64,000 nt of DNA from Turneriella sp. (GCA_965279515.1 CBDIID010000003.1:3488001-3552000); one strand, 5' to 3'. Positions 37,016 through 47,159 are shown, counted from the first letter of the stretch. Numbers and translations: made by a program. Notes: generated by a model from the sequence alone, not told the origin.

Positions 37016-39349
37016 CTACAATGTCAGCAGATACTCGACCAGAGCATCCATGTCGCCGGCATTCTGTGCGCACCAGGGGTGGGGCGCTGCCGGCATGCCA
37101 ATCGGCGCTGACGTGCCGAGTTCGCCCGGGCCGTACTCGCGGCGCATCTTCTGGTAATCCCAATAATACCAGTTGTTATCGCCCGGCAAGGTCACGAAGT
37201 ACTTATGCCTTTCGGTGAAGCGGTTGCGTTTAGCGCCATCGTCGTTCGATGAAGTTGAGGCAAACTTTTGTACCCGGAATACATCCCCCTTACGGTTATG
37301 CGGTGGGTAAGGCTGCGGGTGGTCGGGCCCGCCCAACGCCGGTACCGTCGCCGCATGCAGCGTGTAGTACTGGTTGTAGAGCGGCGAACCTTCGCTGCAA
37401 CGCTGCGGGTTCACAAGGTCTTCGATGTTGCGCACGTGACCGTCGCTTAAGAGGCCGCGGTGCTGCACCCAGTAAAGATCGCGCAAAAATGTCGCGCGGA
37501 TAGACTGTTGCTGCTTGTGGTAGATCGTCGGTGCGAAGAAACGACCGACTTCATTGATCTTGAACATCTTCTCATTGGTGTTCGAACCCAGGTTGTCGCG
37601 GTGGCATGAGGCGCAGTCGCGATCAAATATGGCCTTACCTTGCTCCACATTCGAACGCACGCCGCTCCAGGCATTCCAGCCCGCCTGCACAAACTCACCT
37701 TCGCTCACATCCGTACGGCCGGTCTGTCCGTTGAGTTTGCCGTAATATTTGAGCCAGCGATACATGCCCGCATTTCTCAGATCATTGTCGTTTGAGTCAA
37801 GCGTCGTCATGTACGCGGTGAGAGCCTTGAGTTGTGCGGAGCGCATTGCCCCGGTTGCACCATCCGGCTCTTCAGAGTGTATGTACGACCCTTCAAAGCC
37901 GACATAACTTTCGGTGTGCGAGAGCGAACGCCGTACCGTCATGTAGTTCGTGACGTTGGGTATGGCGATCGGCGAGAACTGGTAGTCGTTCGCGGTCTCA
38001 GAGCCGTCGGCGAAAACACGGATGAGCGCATGCTCACCGGCACCGCCTGGCATCGAATAGATGAGACCTGTCTTATCGACATCGGCTGAACCGGGTGACC
38101 AGCTGGGGCCGTTCTCTGCGGTCTTCACGCCTTCAAAATTACCCAGCACCGCCCAGCGCATCGACCACTTGGGGTTGGGCAGACCAGGGATAACCTTCGT
38201 CACAGAAACTCCCGGACGATTTTCATAGCTGATCTTATAGCCGTGGCACGAGGCGCAGTTAAAACCGATCCATTCACCGTCGCCGGTGTAGGGGTGGCTT
38301 GCCTGTGCATAACGGTAACCGACCCAACCGGTGTCGCGCGTGTTACCTTTGGTTTTCTGATCGCCGCCCAATAAACCCGGAATCGGCGTTACCTGCGGAT
38401 ACGGATCGAAGAAGACATTCTGCGTCGCTTCGAGCGGCATCTCTGTCGTATTCGTGCGCAGCGCGCCAAACAGCACTGCGGGATCTGCAATACCACCCAC
38501 AACCGGGTCGGTCGTCTGGTAATTCAGAATTTTGGCCCAGTCAAGGCCGCGTATCGTGTGCGCGACGCCGATGTTGTAGTCGTAAGACCAGAAAATCTGG
38601 CGTCCCAATGTCACCATGCTGGCAAAGTTGGGATTGCTCACGTTGACAGCGATGGGCGCGGTCGCCTTGGTATCGCTGAGTGTCGAGACGACATCGCACT
38701 TATGCGTGAAACTCGTATCCGTGATGCGGCGGGTGATCGCGTCGATGGCGAGGTGAGCCGTCGTCGGGTGCAGCAACGATTTTTGATAACCGGTGCGCTT
38801 CTGTACCTGTAACATCAGGGGGCCTGTCGAAACATGGCCGGGGACTTTGAATTTGATCGTGGTATCATTCCACGAAACAATGTCCTTGTTCCATGAATCG
38901 AAGACAGTTTTCGTTTCGAAGTTGATCTCTTTGCCCTGGTCAAGTTTTTGTTCATACATCTTGAGATCGCTTTCGAGCACGCGGGTATTGCCGATCATGA
39001 TCTTCGTGTAGTCGATGTCGGGGCCGGCACCAAAACCCGTGCCTTTCAGCGTGATCGTCTGGTTGGGTTTGAAGAGCGGCAAATTGGTACCGCCACTTGT
39101 CCAGACCTGCACGCCGTCGATATCGATCGCCGTAATCTGCGGTTCGGGGAAGACGGCTGCCGAGGCGGCCCTCTGCGCTTCGCGGGCCGAGTCGAACGTA
39201 CAGAGCGTTTCCTGCTCAGGCCACGCCGTGAACGTGCCGAGCGTACAGCCCGCCACTAATGCCGCGAGCACGACGGCGTAATTTCTCTTTTGCTCCACAG
39301 TCAGTCGGGAAATTGCCGATCGGACCGCGCTTAGTTTATTGTTCCACAT
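37016..39349 (-). CDS. Large exported di-heme c-type cytochrome with N-terminal IPT/TIG-like domain
   Basis: Two CASCH motifs; ITLKGTGFG...IVSWNDTTIKFKVP; GGAGG SD before ATG 39349. Confidence 0.8.
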   Translation of the reverse strand: MWNNKLSAVRSAISRLTVEQKRNYAVVLAALVAGCTLGTFTAWPEQETLCTFDSAREAQRAASAAVFPEPQITAIDIDGVQVWTSGGTNLPLFKPNQTITLKGTGFGAGPDIDYTKIMIGNTRVLESDLKMYEQKLDQGKEINFETKTVFDSWNKDIVSWNDTTIKFKVPGHVSTGPLMLQVQKRTGYQKSLLHPTTAHLAIDAITRRITDTSFTHKCDVVSTLSDTKATAPIAVNVSNPNFASMVTLGRQIFWSYDYNIGVAHTIRGLDWAKILNYQTTDPVVGGIADPAVLFGALRTNTTEMPLEATQNVFFDPYPQVTPIPGLLGGDQKTKGNTRDTGWVGYRYAQASHPYTGDGEWIGFNCASCHGYKISYENRPGVSVTKVIPGLPNPKWSMRWAVLGNFEGVKTAENGPSWSPGSADVDKTGLIYSMPGGAGEHALIRVFADGSETANDYQFSPIAIPNVTNYMTVRRSLSHTESYVGFEGSYIHSEEPDGATGAMRSAQLKALTAYMTTLDSNDNDLRNAGMYRWLKYYGKLNGQTGRTDVSEGEFVQAGWNAWSGVRSNVEQGKAIFDRDCASCHRDNLGSNTNEKMFKINEVGRFFAPTIYHKQQQSIRATFLRDLYWVQHRGLLSDGHVRNIEDLVNPQRCSEGSPLYNQYYTLHAATVPALGGPDHPQPYPPHNRKGDVFRVQKFASTSSNDDGAKRNRFTERHKYFVTLPGDNNWYYWDYQKMRREYGPGELGTSAPIGMPAAPHPWCAQNAGDMDALVEYLLTL

Positions 39350-39396
39350 ATTCACCCTCCGTTTCAGGATAGCGGAATTAAACATATTCCAAAACA

Positions 39397-39431
39397 AAAA
39401 TCGACCGGCCGGGAAAATCCAGACGTCCGGA
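39397..39431. promoter_or_regulatory. Putative AraC operator A
   Basis: AAAATCGACCGG-CCG-GGAAAATCCAGACGTCCGGA; near-copy at 42973. Confidence 0.6.
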
Positions 39432-39573
39432 TTTCCACGCGGACCTGTTTTTGCGTATTTCCTAAGGAAAAATGGCCTCGATGCCCGAAAAAAAGCAATA
39501 AAGAGGCGCAGGGGAAACCATGCAATTTATGAAACTGCGTAGAATGGACGGGGTTAATCCTTTATAAGCAGCT

Positions 39574-40668
39574 ATGCAAGTCTGGGGACGCGATATTATT
39601 TCAACGTTCATCTACTTCACCGCAGGGCTGTCGTTTCTCATGGCGATCCAGAAACTCGTGCCCACGAAAAGACGGATGGAAAACTACCTGATTTTTATTT
39701 TATATGTCTCCTTAGCCTTTATCCTGTTTTCGCTGGCGAATGTTTTAACCGACCGGGAGCGCGAATTGCCCGTGTGTATTTTTCTGCTTTTGACCTCGTT
39801 TTCGCTGATTGGGCCTTTAACGGTGCTCTATACACATGCGCTGATCTATCCCGAGACGCCGAAAGATAAATACCTGAAATACCATTTTATTCTGCCGCTC
39901 GTGATCTTTGGCGGTGAGTTTATCTTCTTTTTTACGCAGAACCTCAAAACACAGCAGGAAGCCATCGCAACTTTTCTGGCCAATCGCCTGGGGCATCCGT
40001 TTGCGATCCCCATCATACTGACAACGGTGTCATCGACTGTGTATTTTTTCTTCCGTTACCGCGTGCTCTTCCAGGTCTTCGAGGTGCGTGACATCCGCAA
40101 GCAGATCATCTTCATTCTCGTGCTGGCCTCGACCTCGGCGATTGCGCTTTATTCCGTTGTGTTCGGTTTTTTATTCACCGTCGATTTGATTTTTGCTGTG
40201 GGCGCGGTGCTGATCGGCGGCGTCATCATCACGTTATTTTTTGCCGCGGCGCGTTATCCCGATTTTTTCGGCCCGTTGTCGCGCGAGGTGCTGAAGCGCA
40301 AGTATGAAAAATCGCTCCTCAATGGCCTCGACCTCGAGCTGTTGCAAAATCGCCTGACAGAGTTCATGCGCGTTAAAAAGCTCTACCACAACCCGGTGTT
40401 AGGGCTGAAAACTTTGGCAAAAGAACTGGGCATCCATCCCAATCAGCTTTCGGAATTTTTGTCGCAGAAGCTACGGACCAATTTTGCGGGGTATGTGAAC
40501 CAGTTTCGTATTGAAGAAGTCTGCCAGTTGCTAAAAGAAAATCCCGATCAGGATATCCTCACGACGTGTTTTTTTGTCGGTTTCAATTCGAAGTCAACGT
40601 TCAATGATTTGTTTAAGAAGCTGGTGGGATTAACCCCGAGTGAGTATCGGGATTCTTTAAAGAAGTAA
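39574..40668 (+). CDS. Membrane-embedded AraC-family regulator
   Basis: ~7 TM then LAKELG, YVNQFRIE, VGFNSKSTFN..FKK..G.TP.EY. Confidence 0.92.
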   Translation: MQVWGRDIISTFIYFTAGLSFLMAIQKLVPTKRRMENYLIFILYVSLAFILFSLANVLTDRERELPVCIFLLLTSFSLIGPLTVLYTHALIYPETPKDKYLKYHFILPLVIFGGEFIFFFTQNLKTQQEAIATFLANRLGHPFAIPIILTTVSSTVYFFFRYRVLFQVFEVRDIRKQIIFILVLASTSAIALYSVVFGFLFTVDLIFAVGAVLIGGVIITLFFAAARYPDFFGPLSREVLKRKYEKSLLNGLDLELLQNRLTEFMRVKKLYHNPVLGLKTLAKELGIHPNQLSEFLSQKLRTNFAGYVNQFRIEEVCQLLKENPDQDILTTCFFVGFNSKSTFNDLFKKLVGLTPSEYRDSLKK

Positions 40669-40678
40669 CGGCGCGCCT

Positions 40679-40762
40679 AACCCTCACCCCCGGCCCCTCT
40701 CCCTTATAGGGAGAGGGGAGACTAAGACAATCCCCCCTATAAGGGGGGAGCCGGAGGGGGTT
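40679..40762. repeat. REP-like composite palindrome between convergent genes
   Basis: CCCCTCTCCCT-TAT-AGGGAGAGGGG and TCCCCCCT-ATA-AGGGGGGA within outer arms. Confidence 0.7.
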
Positions 40763-42878
40763 ATTCCAAACTAAACACGTTCGACACGCCCTCATAGGCG
40801 CTGATGGCTCCCGTCCAGCCTGACTTCCAGTTACCTTTGTGGCGGATACGGTAGATGCCCGGCTCAGCACCCGTCGTGTCCCACGTGATGGTAATCTTCG
40901 AGTTCGCGACACCGTCGCGCGCCCAGGCGTAGGTGGTTTCCGGATCCCAGTCGCGGGCGACGGGCACAAAAGCGCCACCCGACCATTTTTCCACAACGAG
41001 AAAGGTGTCTTGCGTGCGGTAGTTGTTGTTCGGGTGCGCTCCCCAGAACTGGACCTGAATCAGGTCGCCTTTCGCGTAGAGTGTTTTGGGCTGGGCGATG
41101 ACATCCCCGAATTTTTTAAACCAAGGCACATCGTCGAAGGCGACCTTCGCCGTGAAGTCGACAGTCTGCGCCGTGACATCGCTGGGGCGCGGGCCGGGTG
41201 CGATATCTGTTCCCTGCACAATGGCGCGGCTGAGTTTTACAAACTCTTGCTGGTACGCTGCCTGCTGGTTGGGGCCGAACTGTGTCGATGCACCTTCATA
41301 CCATTGTTTCGCATATTCTTCACGCGTCGCGAGGTAGGATGCGTAAGAGTTAGCAAGGCCGGCGATAATGCCATAGCGTACGCCGGTAGAGGCCAGCTCA
41401 TTCACCACCGCTTTGCGGAAACGGCGGCCCGCCATGGTCGTGGTTTCACCGGGCACCGCGATCAGGGCAACGTTGCCGATTTTGATGATCTGCAGCGGCA
41501 TGATCTGCGGCGTCATCAGTGGTCCGTTGATATTGAGGTGGGCCTTGCCGGTTGGAATCAGAATCGGTTTTTCCGCATGGCAGGCCTTGTATGCCGCGTC
41601 CTGCGTCGCCGGCCAGGCAAAAGCAAAAACGCCGCCGAGCAGCGTAGAAAGCGCTGCCTGACCCGCATTGTCGCTCCAGCTTAAGCTGTCGACGGTCACA
41701 CCGTTCGGGAAGAGCGGCGACGGGCTCGGGTTGTCGAGCGGGCTGCCGGCGGAAAACGATGCGCCCATCGCCGCAGCGCAGGTTGTCTTGCCCGCGGATT
41801 CGACATTCAGCGTACGCATATCGACCCATTCATGGCGGAAGTCGATCGAACCCGTCACGGTCTCAGAGGCCGCATTGTAGAGTTCTTTCGCCTTGTTGTA
41901 TTGTTTGAGAGCCGCATTTTCGAGACTCTTGTTCTTCGCGAGCGTGAGATCAGCCGGCGCGAGGCCAAAACCGATGTTCGGCGTGACATCCCCCTCGTTC
42001 GCCTGCGCGAAGGCGGCGACGAAAGTTCTGTCGGCGAGGTAGTCGGTGCCCTTATCTTTTTCGAAGAGCCATGCTGCCCAGCCCTTGTTGTCGGCTGTAA
42101 TGAGGTGGTTCTGCGGCCCGATGCTGTCGGGGTGTACGGCAAACCAGCTGAATGCGCCGATCTCTTCGCCGGCATCGGTGACAAATTTTAAGAGTGTAAA
42201 AGTTTTGTCCGTGTTGCCGTCGTACTGTGCGCGCTCTGCTGCCGGGTTGTTGTCATAGGCTTCGGTAGCGCGGTTGCCGCCGACACCCGACAGTGTGCCC
42301 TCGTTGACGAGAATCTTGCCAGGCCTCAGGTTGCGGTGTGCGCGGCGGATGGATTCCACGATGCCATTCACGATCACCGTATGGTGCTCTTTGATGAAGC
42401 CGTTGACGGTCGCATCATAGAGAAAATAGCCGGAATACCCTCCGGGGCCGCCGTGGGTATGCGTCGCCGACAACAGGATGTTTCTTTCATTGTAAAAGTC
42501 TTTTAGCTCGGCGTCGGCCGCAATCTTGTCTGAAACCTTGAGCTTCACGCTCTGGAATAACATGCCGAGGTCATTGCTGACGAAGACGACTCTCTTATTG
42601 CCATCGCCGGCGATGAAGGAACGCGCTCTCAGGCGCGTATGGATACCGCTCGTCTTCTGCGAACCTTCGGCATAACCCATCATGACGATTTCAGCGGCGG
42701 GGCCGGTGATGTCGTAGATGCCTGTACCGACGAGGTAACTGCCGGTCGCGGCAGAAAGTTGGCCCGAAACGGCAAATTTCTCCCCGAATGTACCGGGTAG
42801 GTTTTCATTCCCCGCCGAATGGCCGCAGGATAGTAGGGCAAAAGCAGCGCCCAGTAAGATAAGTTTTCTCGCGTTCAT
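40761..42878 (-). CDS. Neutral/alkaline ceramidase (lipoprotein)
   Basis: Start MNARKL (42878), LLSC lipobox; DITGP, MMGY, SATHTHGGP, FAVH, GDVTPN, PGE.TTMAGRR, QWYEGAST. Confidence 0.93.
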   Translation of the reverse strand: MNARKLILLGAAFALLSCGHSAGNENLPGTFGEKFAVSGQLSAATGSYLVGTGIYDITGPAAEIVMMGYAEGSQKTSGIHTRLRARSFIAGDGNKRVVFVSNDLGMLFQSVKLKVSDKIAADAELKDFYNERNILLSATHTHGGPGGYSGYFLYDATVNGFIKEHHTVIVNGIVESIRRAHRNLRPGKILVNEGTLSGVGGNRATEAYDNNPAAERAQYDGNTDKTFTLLKFVTDAGEEIGAFSWFAVHPDSIGPQNHLITADNKGWAAWLFEKDKGTDYLADRTFVAAFAQANEGDVTPNIGFGLAPADLTLAKNKSLENAALKQYNKAKELYNAASETVTGSIDFRHEWVDMRTLNVESAGKTTCAAAMGASFSAGSPLDNPSPSPLFPNGVTVDSLSWSDNAGQAALSTLLGGVFAFAWPATQDAAYKACHAEKPILIPTGKAHLNINGPLMTPQIMPLQIIKIGNVALIAVPGETTTMAGRRFRKAVVNELASTGVRYGIIAGLANSYASYLATREEYAKQWYEGASTQFGPNQQAAYQQEFVKLSRAIVQGTDIAPGPRPSDVTAQTVDFTAKVAFDDVPWFKKFGDVIAQPKTLYAKGDLIQVQFWGAHPNNNYRTQDTFLVVEKWSGGAFVPVARDWDPETTYAWARDGVANSKITITWDTTGAEPGIYRIRHKGNWKSGWTGAISAYEGVSNVFSLE

Positions 42879-42972
42879 AAATCCCCCTGTTATGAGACAA
42901 CCACGGCGCCTATGGTTGGTGCGGCGCCGCAGGGTTGGCTCAATTTCAGGGAAACTAGCACATTTCAAAATG

Positions 42973-43006
42973 AAAATCGACCGGGGTGGAATTCCGGGCG
43001 TCCGGA
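42973..43006. promoter_or_regulatory. Putative AraC operator B
   Basis: AAAATCGACCGG-GGT-GGAATTCCGGGCGTCCGGA. Confidence 0.6.
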
Positions 43007-43050
43007 GAAACACACCATTGTGCAGTTTCATAAACTGCATAGTTAATGGA

Positions 43051-43515
43051 TTATTTTTTTATGTTTTTTTCGTATGTCTCAATCCATCTTTTGACCGAAA
43101 TCTTTTTCACCAGCGCACCGATCAGTTTGAATGGAATATCTTCCGGTTTTTTGAAGCGGATACAGCTCTTGCCCATGTCTGGCTTTGCCTTCGTATGTTT
43201 AGGCCATTCACCCTTGAACCATTGCAGTACATCGGGCATCGCGTAGACACCCATGTGATAGAAGGCGATAAAATTTTTCTGCGAGGCAAGGTTCATGAAT
43301 GGCAAGGGCAGTTCAGGATTGCAGTGATAGCCATCCGGATAGATTTTCAGCGGTACGACATAACCAATCATGCCGTAAGACATCGTCTCTTGGAAACCTT
43401 TCGGCAAATTCTTCAGAATCGTCTCGCGCAGCTTCTTCACCGCGTCGCGGCGGTCGGCTGGTAATTCCTTGATATAAGCTTCGGGCGAAGTGGCTTTCGA
43501 TGTCATATTCTTCAA
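43051..43515 (-). CDS. DUF1801 (YdhG-like) protein
   Basis: YGMIGYVVP...YP.GYHC.P..PLPF..LASQKN; MGKSCIRFK. Confidence 0.88.
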   Translation of the reverse strand: MKNMTSKATSPEAYIKELPADRRDAVKKLRETILKNLPKGFQETMSYGMIGYVVPLKIYPDGYHCNPELPLPFMNLASQKNFIAFYHMGVYAMPDVLQWFKGEWPKHTKAKPDMGKSCIRFKKPEDIPFKLIGALVKKISVKRWIETYEKNIKK

Positions 43516-44654
43516 TACGCCACGGCAAAAAAACGTGGGCCGATACCGCCTGAAATGGAACCAGTGCGGGTGAGCGTGCCAACTGAGTTACTGTAAATGC
43601 CGATCTCGTCGTTGGCGCTTGCCCCGTTCACGCCGTCGAGTTCCGCTGCATAAAGGCAGTCCTGACCGCGCGAAAGCGCGATGCCATAGGGATTTGCGCG
43701 CACGGTGCTGACAAAGCCGTTTGCCGTGAGCGCTCCGGTTGAGGTGTTTACGCTAAACTGATAAATTCGCCCGCTGCCGGTTGCGCTCGCAAAGACATGA
43801 TTGGTCCCGACGGCGAGGCCGATGGTGTTATTACCGGCATTATGCGGACCTCCCGCGATGACCGTGAGCTGTCCGGTGCCGGTATCGCGCGAATATTGCG
43901 ATACGCTGCCGCCGCCCGCGGCCGAATTCGTAGTATAGAGAAAATTTCCCGATGGATGCAGAAACATCGACCAAGGTTGTGTGCCGGTGGCGGCCGGCGT
44001 ACCGAATGGGGTGAGAACGCCTGTTCCCGTGTTGACGCTGAACTGGCGGATGACATTGTTTGAATAGTCATTTGCGTAGACATGGTTACCTGTGAGCGCG
44101 ATGAACCAGAGCCTTCCGGCCGAGGTGATATATTCATTCGGATTTGCGAGTTGGGTGAGTACCCCTGTTGAGGTATTCTGGCTGAATTGTCCAATCGAGC
44201 TGTTTGTTGCGTTGCCGTCGACGGAATACAAAAAGCCGTTTGCGTGTACTGCCATCATAAAGGGTAACGTCGCTACTTGGCCAATCTGAGTGACGGTTCC
44301 CGCGCTGGTCAGTGCTTTGGAGCTGGTATTAAATTTAAAGGTGCTGATGGTCGCGTTGCCGCTGTTGGCGACATAAAGAGTGCTTGTGCCGGTGTGGTAA
44401 ACGAGATCGTATGGGTCGGGGCCGACCGTATAGGTGTTGACCAGGGTTAGCGAGCATGATGAAATATTTTTTTCAAAGAGTAGCAAGTTCTCATTCGCGC
44501 CGGCGCTTTCAAAGAGACTCGTGACAAAAACAAATTCAGGCGCCGGACCATCGTAAGGGGGGATTACTTTGTCTGTATTGCGACTGCTCCCTGAACAAAA
44601 CAGAAAAGCCGGAAGAAAACACAGAAACAATAGACCGCGCACAGATGCTCCCAA
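43512..44654 (-). CDS. Lactonase-family 7-bladed beta-propeller lipoprotein
   Basis: FLFC lipobox; repeated LY..N...I.QFS.NT.TG.LT blades. Confidence 0.85.
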   Translation of the reverse strand: MGASVRGLLFLCFLPAFLFCSGSSRNTDKVIPPYDGPAPEFVFVTSLFESAGANENLLLFEKNISSCSLTLVNTYTVGPDPYDLVYHTGTSTLYVANSGNATISTFKFNTSSKALTSAGTVTQIGQVATLPFMMAVHANGFLYSVDGNATNSSIGQFSQNTSTGVLTQLANPNEYITSAGRLWFIALTGNHVYANDYSNNVIRQFSVNTGTGVLTPFGTPAATGTQPWSMFLHPSGNFLYTTNSAAGGGSVSQYSRDTGTGQLTVIAGGPHNAGNNTIGLAVGTNHVFASATGSGRIYQFSVNTSTGALTANGFVSTVRANPYGIALSRGQDCLYAAELDGVNGASANDEIGIYSNSVGTLTRTGSISGGIGPRFFAVAY

Positions 44655-44687
44655 AGAGAGCTTCTCTGAACCCTGTTGAGTGTCCAG

Positions 44688-46361
44688 TTATTTTCGTAAT
44701 TTTACAGGTGCGCGCTTCGGTTTGCCTGTGTTCACCGTTTTCGCCTTGCGCGGTATGTGCGACATCGCACGTTCCGTCAGTGCCATAATGGTCAGCGAAG
44801 GGTTTACTCCGATATTCGCCGAAATCATCGAGCCGTCGCAGACATACATATTGTCATAACCAAAGAGGCGGTTCTTACTGTCGATGACGCCCGTCGCGGC
44901 CGAGTCGCCCATGCAGACACCACCCAGAATGTGCGCGGTACTCGCAAGGCCCGTCAGTGCCTCGCTGGCCAATGCATGCACCGCACCTTTTGTTTTATCC
45001 GCGAATTTGTGTGCCAGCTCATGCGCCATGGGGATGTCAGACGTCGGCGCCGGGCCATTATCGAGCGCCGTCTTCATGCGCACCCAGCCGCGCTTGAGGC
45101 GCATCGTCGAATCAAGGCTTTGCATGAAGAGCATGATCTGCGTGTATTTTGCCCAGTCGGGCACCACGAATGCCTTCATGTATTTCAGGGGGCTCGTGAG
45201 ATACTGCCAGATGACCCGGCCCAGGCGTACGAAAATATTCGAACCCATGACCGCGGGGACCATGGCTGTTCTGAAAAAACCCGCACCTTCGGGGTAGCGT
45301 ACGACTTCGAGGTGGGTGTGATCATCGACGTGCAGGATAGAGCCGATCGCGACGCCTTTCGCGAAATTGAGATCGCGGCGTTCGGTGGTTACGCCAAGTA
45401 AACTCTCCGAATTGGTGCGGATGCCGTAACCGAGACGGTCAGAGATTTGCGGCAGGGATTTCTTTTCTTTCAGTTTTAATAGAAGCTGAACAGTACCCAA
45501 AACACCTCCGGCAAAAATCACTCCGCCTGCGCGCACCTTTTCTTCGCGGCTGAAATATTTTGTCGAATTGCGAAAGGTGACTTCGTAAGGGTGTGCGGTC
45601 CCGCTCGCATTGATGCCATCCGTGGCAGCTCGCGGCCTAACGCCTCCTGCGCCTGGATCCATGCGGCGCACGTCGATGACTTCGCGTTCTGCGAGAATTT
45701 CGGCTCCTTCACCCTGGGCCAGGTAAAGATAATTCTTATCGAGTGTGTTCTTCGCGTTATGCCGGCAGCCAAGCATACAGGCGCCGCAATAAATACAGCC
45801 AGTACGTGTGGGGCCTTTGCCTTTAAAAAAGGGATCTTTCACAGTTACGCCCGGTTTACCGAAATAGACGCTGACACGCGTGCGGTCATAGTCCTTTTCA
45901 CGGCCCATATCTTTTGCTATCGATTCGAGCACATGGTCGCCGTCGAAGACCTGCGCGGTTTCGGCAGCGCCGATCATGCGCAGCGCGGTCGAATAGTGCG
46001 GCTTCAGTTCTTTCTCCCAGTCGGCGAGGTGTGCCCAGCTGGGCGATTTGAAGAACGGCCGCTTCGGTACGGGAAGAGTGTTGGCATAGACCAGCGATCC
46101 GCCGCCCACGCCGACGCCTGAAAAGATCGTGACGTGCCGGAAGATCGTCATCTTAAAGAGGCCAAACATTTTCAGAGACGGTAGCCACAGCCACTTACGA
46201 AGGCTCCAGTTTGTCTTGGGGAAGTCTGAGGGTTTAAACCATTTCCCTTTTTCGATGACGAGCACCTTGTAGCCTTTTTCGCTGAGACGCAGCGCTGATA
46301 CCGAGCCGCCGAATCCGGAGCCGATGATGACATAGTCATATTGATTTTGCAGATCAGCCAT
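44688..46361 (-). CDS. GMC oxidoreductase, cholesterol oxidase-like
   Basis: IIGSGFGGSV, GVGGGSLVYAN, CIYCGACMLGC, AKNTLDKNYL, TAHILGG, GVNPSLTI; TACGCT 6 nt before ATG 46361. Confidence 0.92.
   Translation of the reverse strand: MADLQNQYDYVIIGSGFGGSVSALRLSEKGYKVLVIEKGKWFKPSDFPKTNWSLRKWLWLPSLKMFGLFKMTIFRHVTIFSGVGVGGGSLVYANTLPVPKRPFFKSPSWAHLADWEKELKPHYSTALRMIGAAETAQVFDGDHVLESIAKDMGREKDYDRTRVSVYFGKPGVTVKDPFFKGKGPTRTGCIYCGACMLGCRHNAKNTLDKNYLYLAQGEGAEILAEREVIDVRRMDPGAGGVRPRAATDGINASGTAHPYEVTFRNSTKYFSREEKVRAGGVIFAGGVLGTVQLLLKLKEKKSLPQISDRLGYGIRTNSESLLGVTTERRDLNFAKGVAIGSILHVDDHTHLEVVRYPEGAGFFRTAMVPAVMGSNIFVRLGRVIWQYLTSPLKYMKAFVVPDWAKYTQIMLFMQSLDSTMRLKRGWVRMKTALDNGPAPTSDIPMAHELAHKFADKTKGAVHALASEALTGLASTAHILGGVCMGDSAATGVIDSKNRLFGYDNMYVCDGSMISANIGVNPSLTIMALTERAMSHIPRKAKTVNTGKPKRAPVKLRK
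45601..45655 (-). repeat. Double-hairpin ANGGA element within CDS (sense), degenerate
   Basis: Minus strand: CGC-AGGAG-GCG then CCGC..TGCC-ACGGAT-GGCA..GCGG. Confidence 0.6.
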
Positions 46362-46481
46362 GCGCCAAGCGTATGAGCAGAGGTGCGGCAGCGACTGAAA
46401 TTTGAAAACCGCCATAGCAGGTTTTTACAAAGCTTTACGGATTCCAGTTGACCGCGAGCGCGAAGATTTTCCGTTACTGCC

Positions 46482-47159
46482 GTGAAACCCGCCAGCTGCC
46501 TTGCGACGCATTGTTTTTGCGAGGGGCCTTATACAGGTGCCTTGGTGCTGCAGCCCATGAATACCTATTCGGCGTTCAGCATGCTATTGGTGGCCGTCAT
46601 TTTCTGGCAACGCGCGCGGCGGGCAAACTGGCCGGCTTTCTTTAATAGCCTCTATTTCGCTGCGCTTGTTGTGCTGTGGTTCGGAACGGTACTTCTCCAT
46701 GCGACGCTGACCGAAGTGGGACAATGGACCGATGGCCTCGGCCTTTACGCGGTAATCCTATTTGTGCTGATCTATTTTATTGCGTTACGTTTGCGCTGGC
46801 AGAGATCCCGCTTCGCGGTGATTTACCTGGCTACGCTCGGCGCCTGCGCGGCTTTCGCCTGGAGCTTCATGCAATTCAGGGTGCTGCTCTTCGGCCTACT
46901 CGTAACCTTGACTTTTCTGACGCTTCTTTGCATGCGCAGGTTGATCGCGTTTCGGACCAGCGATCTGTTATTTGCTGGCGGTTTTTTTCTTGTGGGTCTG
47001 GTCTTCCAGGTTCTCGATCGTAAACTTTTGCTCTGTTCGCGTTTCTCAATCTGGCAAGGACATGCCCTGTGGCATATTCTCTCTGCCGTGGCGACATACT
47101 TTCTGGGAACGCTGATGTTGAATGCCAGGTATGCGGCACTGCCGCAAAAAAAATCGTAA
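46482..47159 (+). CDS. CREST-superfamily alkaline-ceramidase-like membrane protein
   Basis: FCE, QP.NT.S, GT.LLHATL, QW.D, HALWH. Confidence 0.8.
   Translation: MKPASCLATHCFCEGPYTGALVLQPMNTYSAFSMLLVAVIFWQRARRANWPAFFNSLYFAALVVLWFGTVLLHATLTEVGQWTDGLGLYAVILFVLIYFIALRLRWQRSRFAVIYLATLGACAAFAWSFMQFRVLLFGLLVTLTFLTLLCMRRLIAFRTSDLLFAGGFFLVGLVFQVLDRKLLLCSRFSIWQGHALWHILSAVATYFLGTLMLNARYAALPQKKS

Noticed and set aside
40679..40762. REP-like palindrome as a member of the ANGGA family or a CRISPR remnant
   Set aside because: Different sequence class with no GGA loops, single copy, no spacers.
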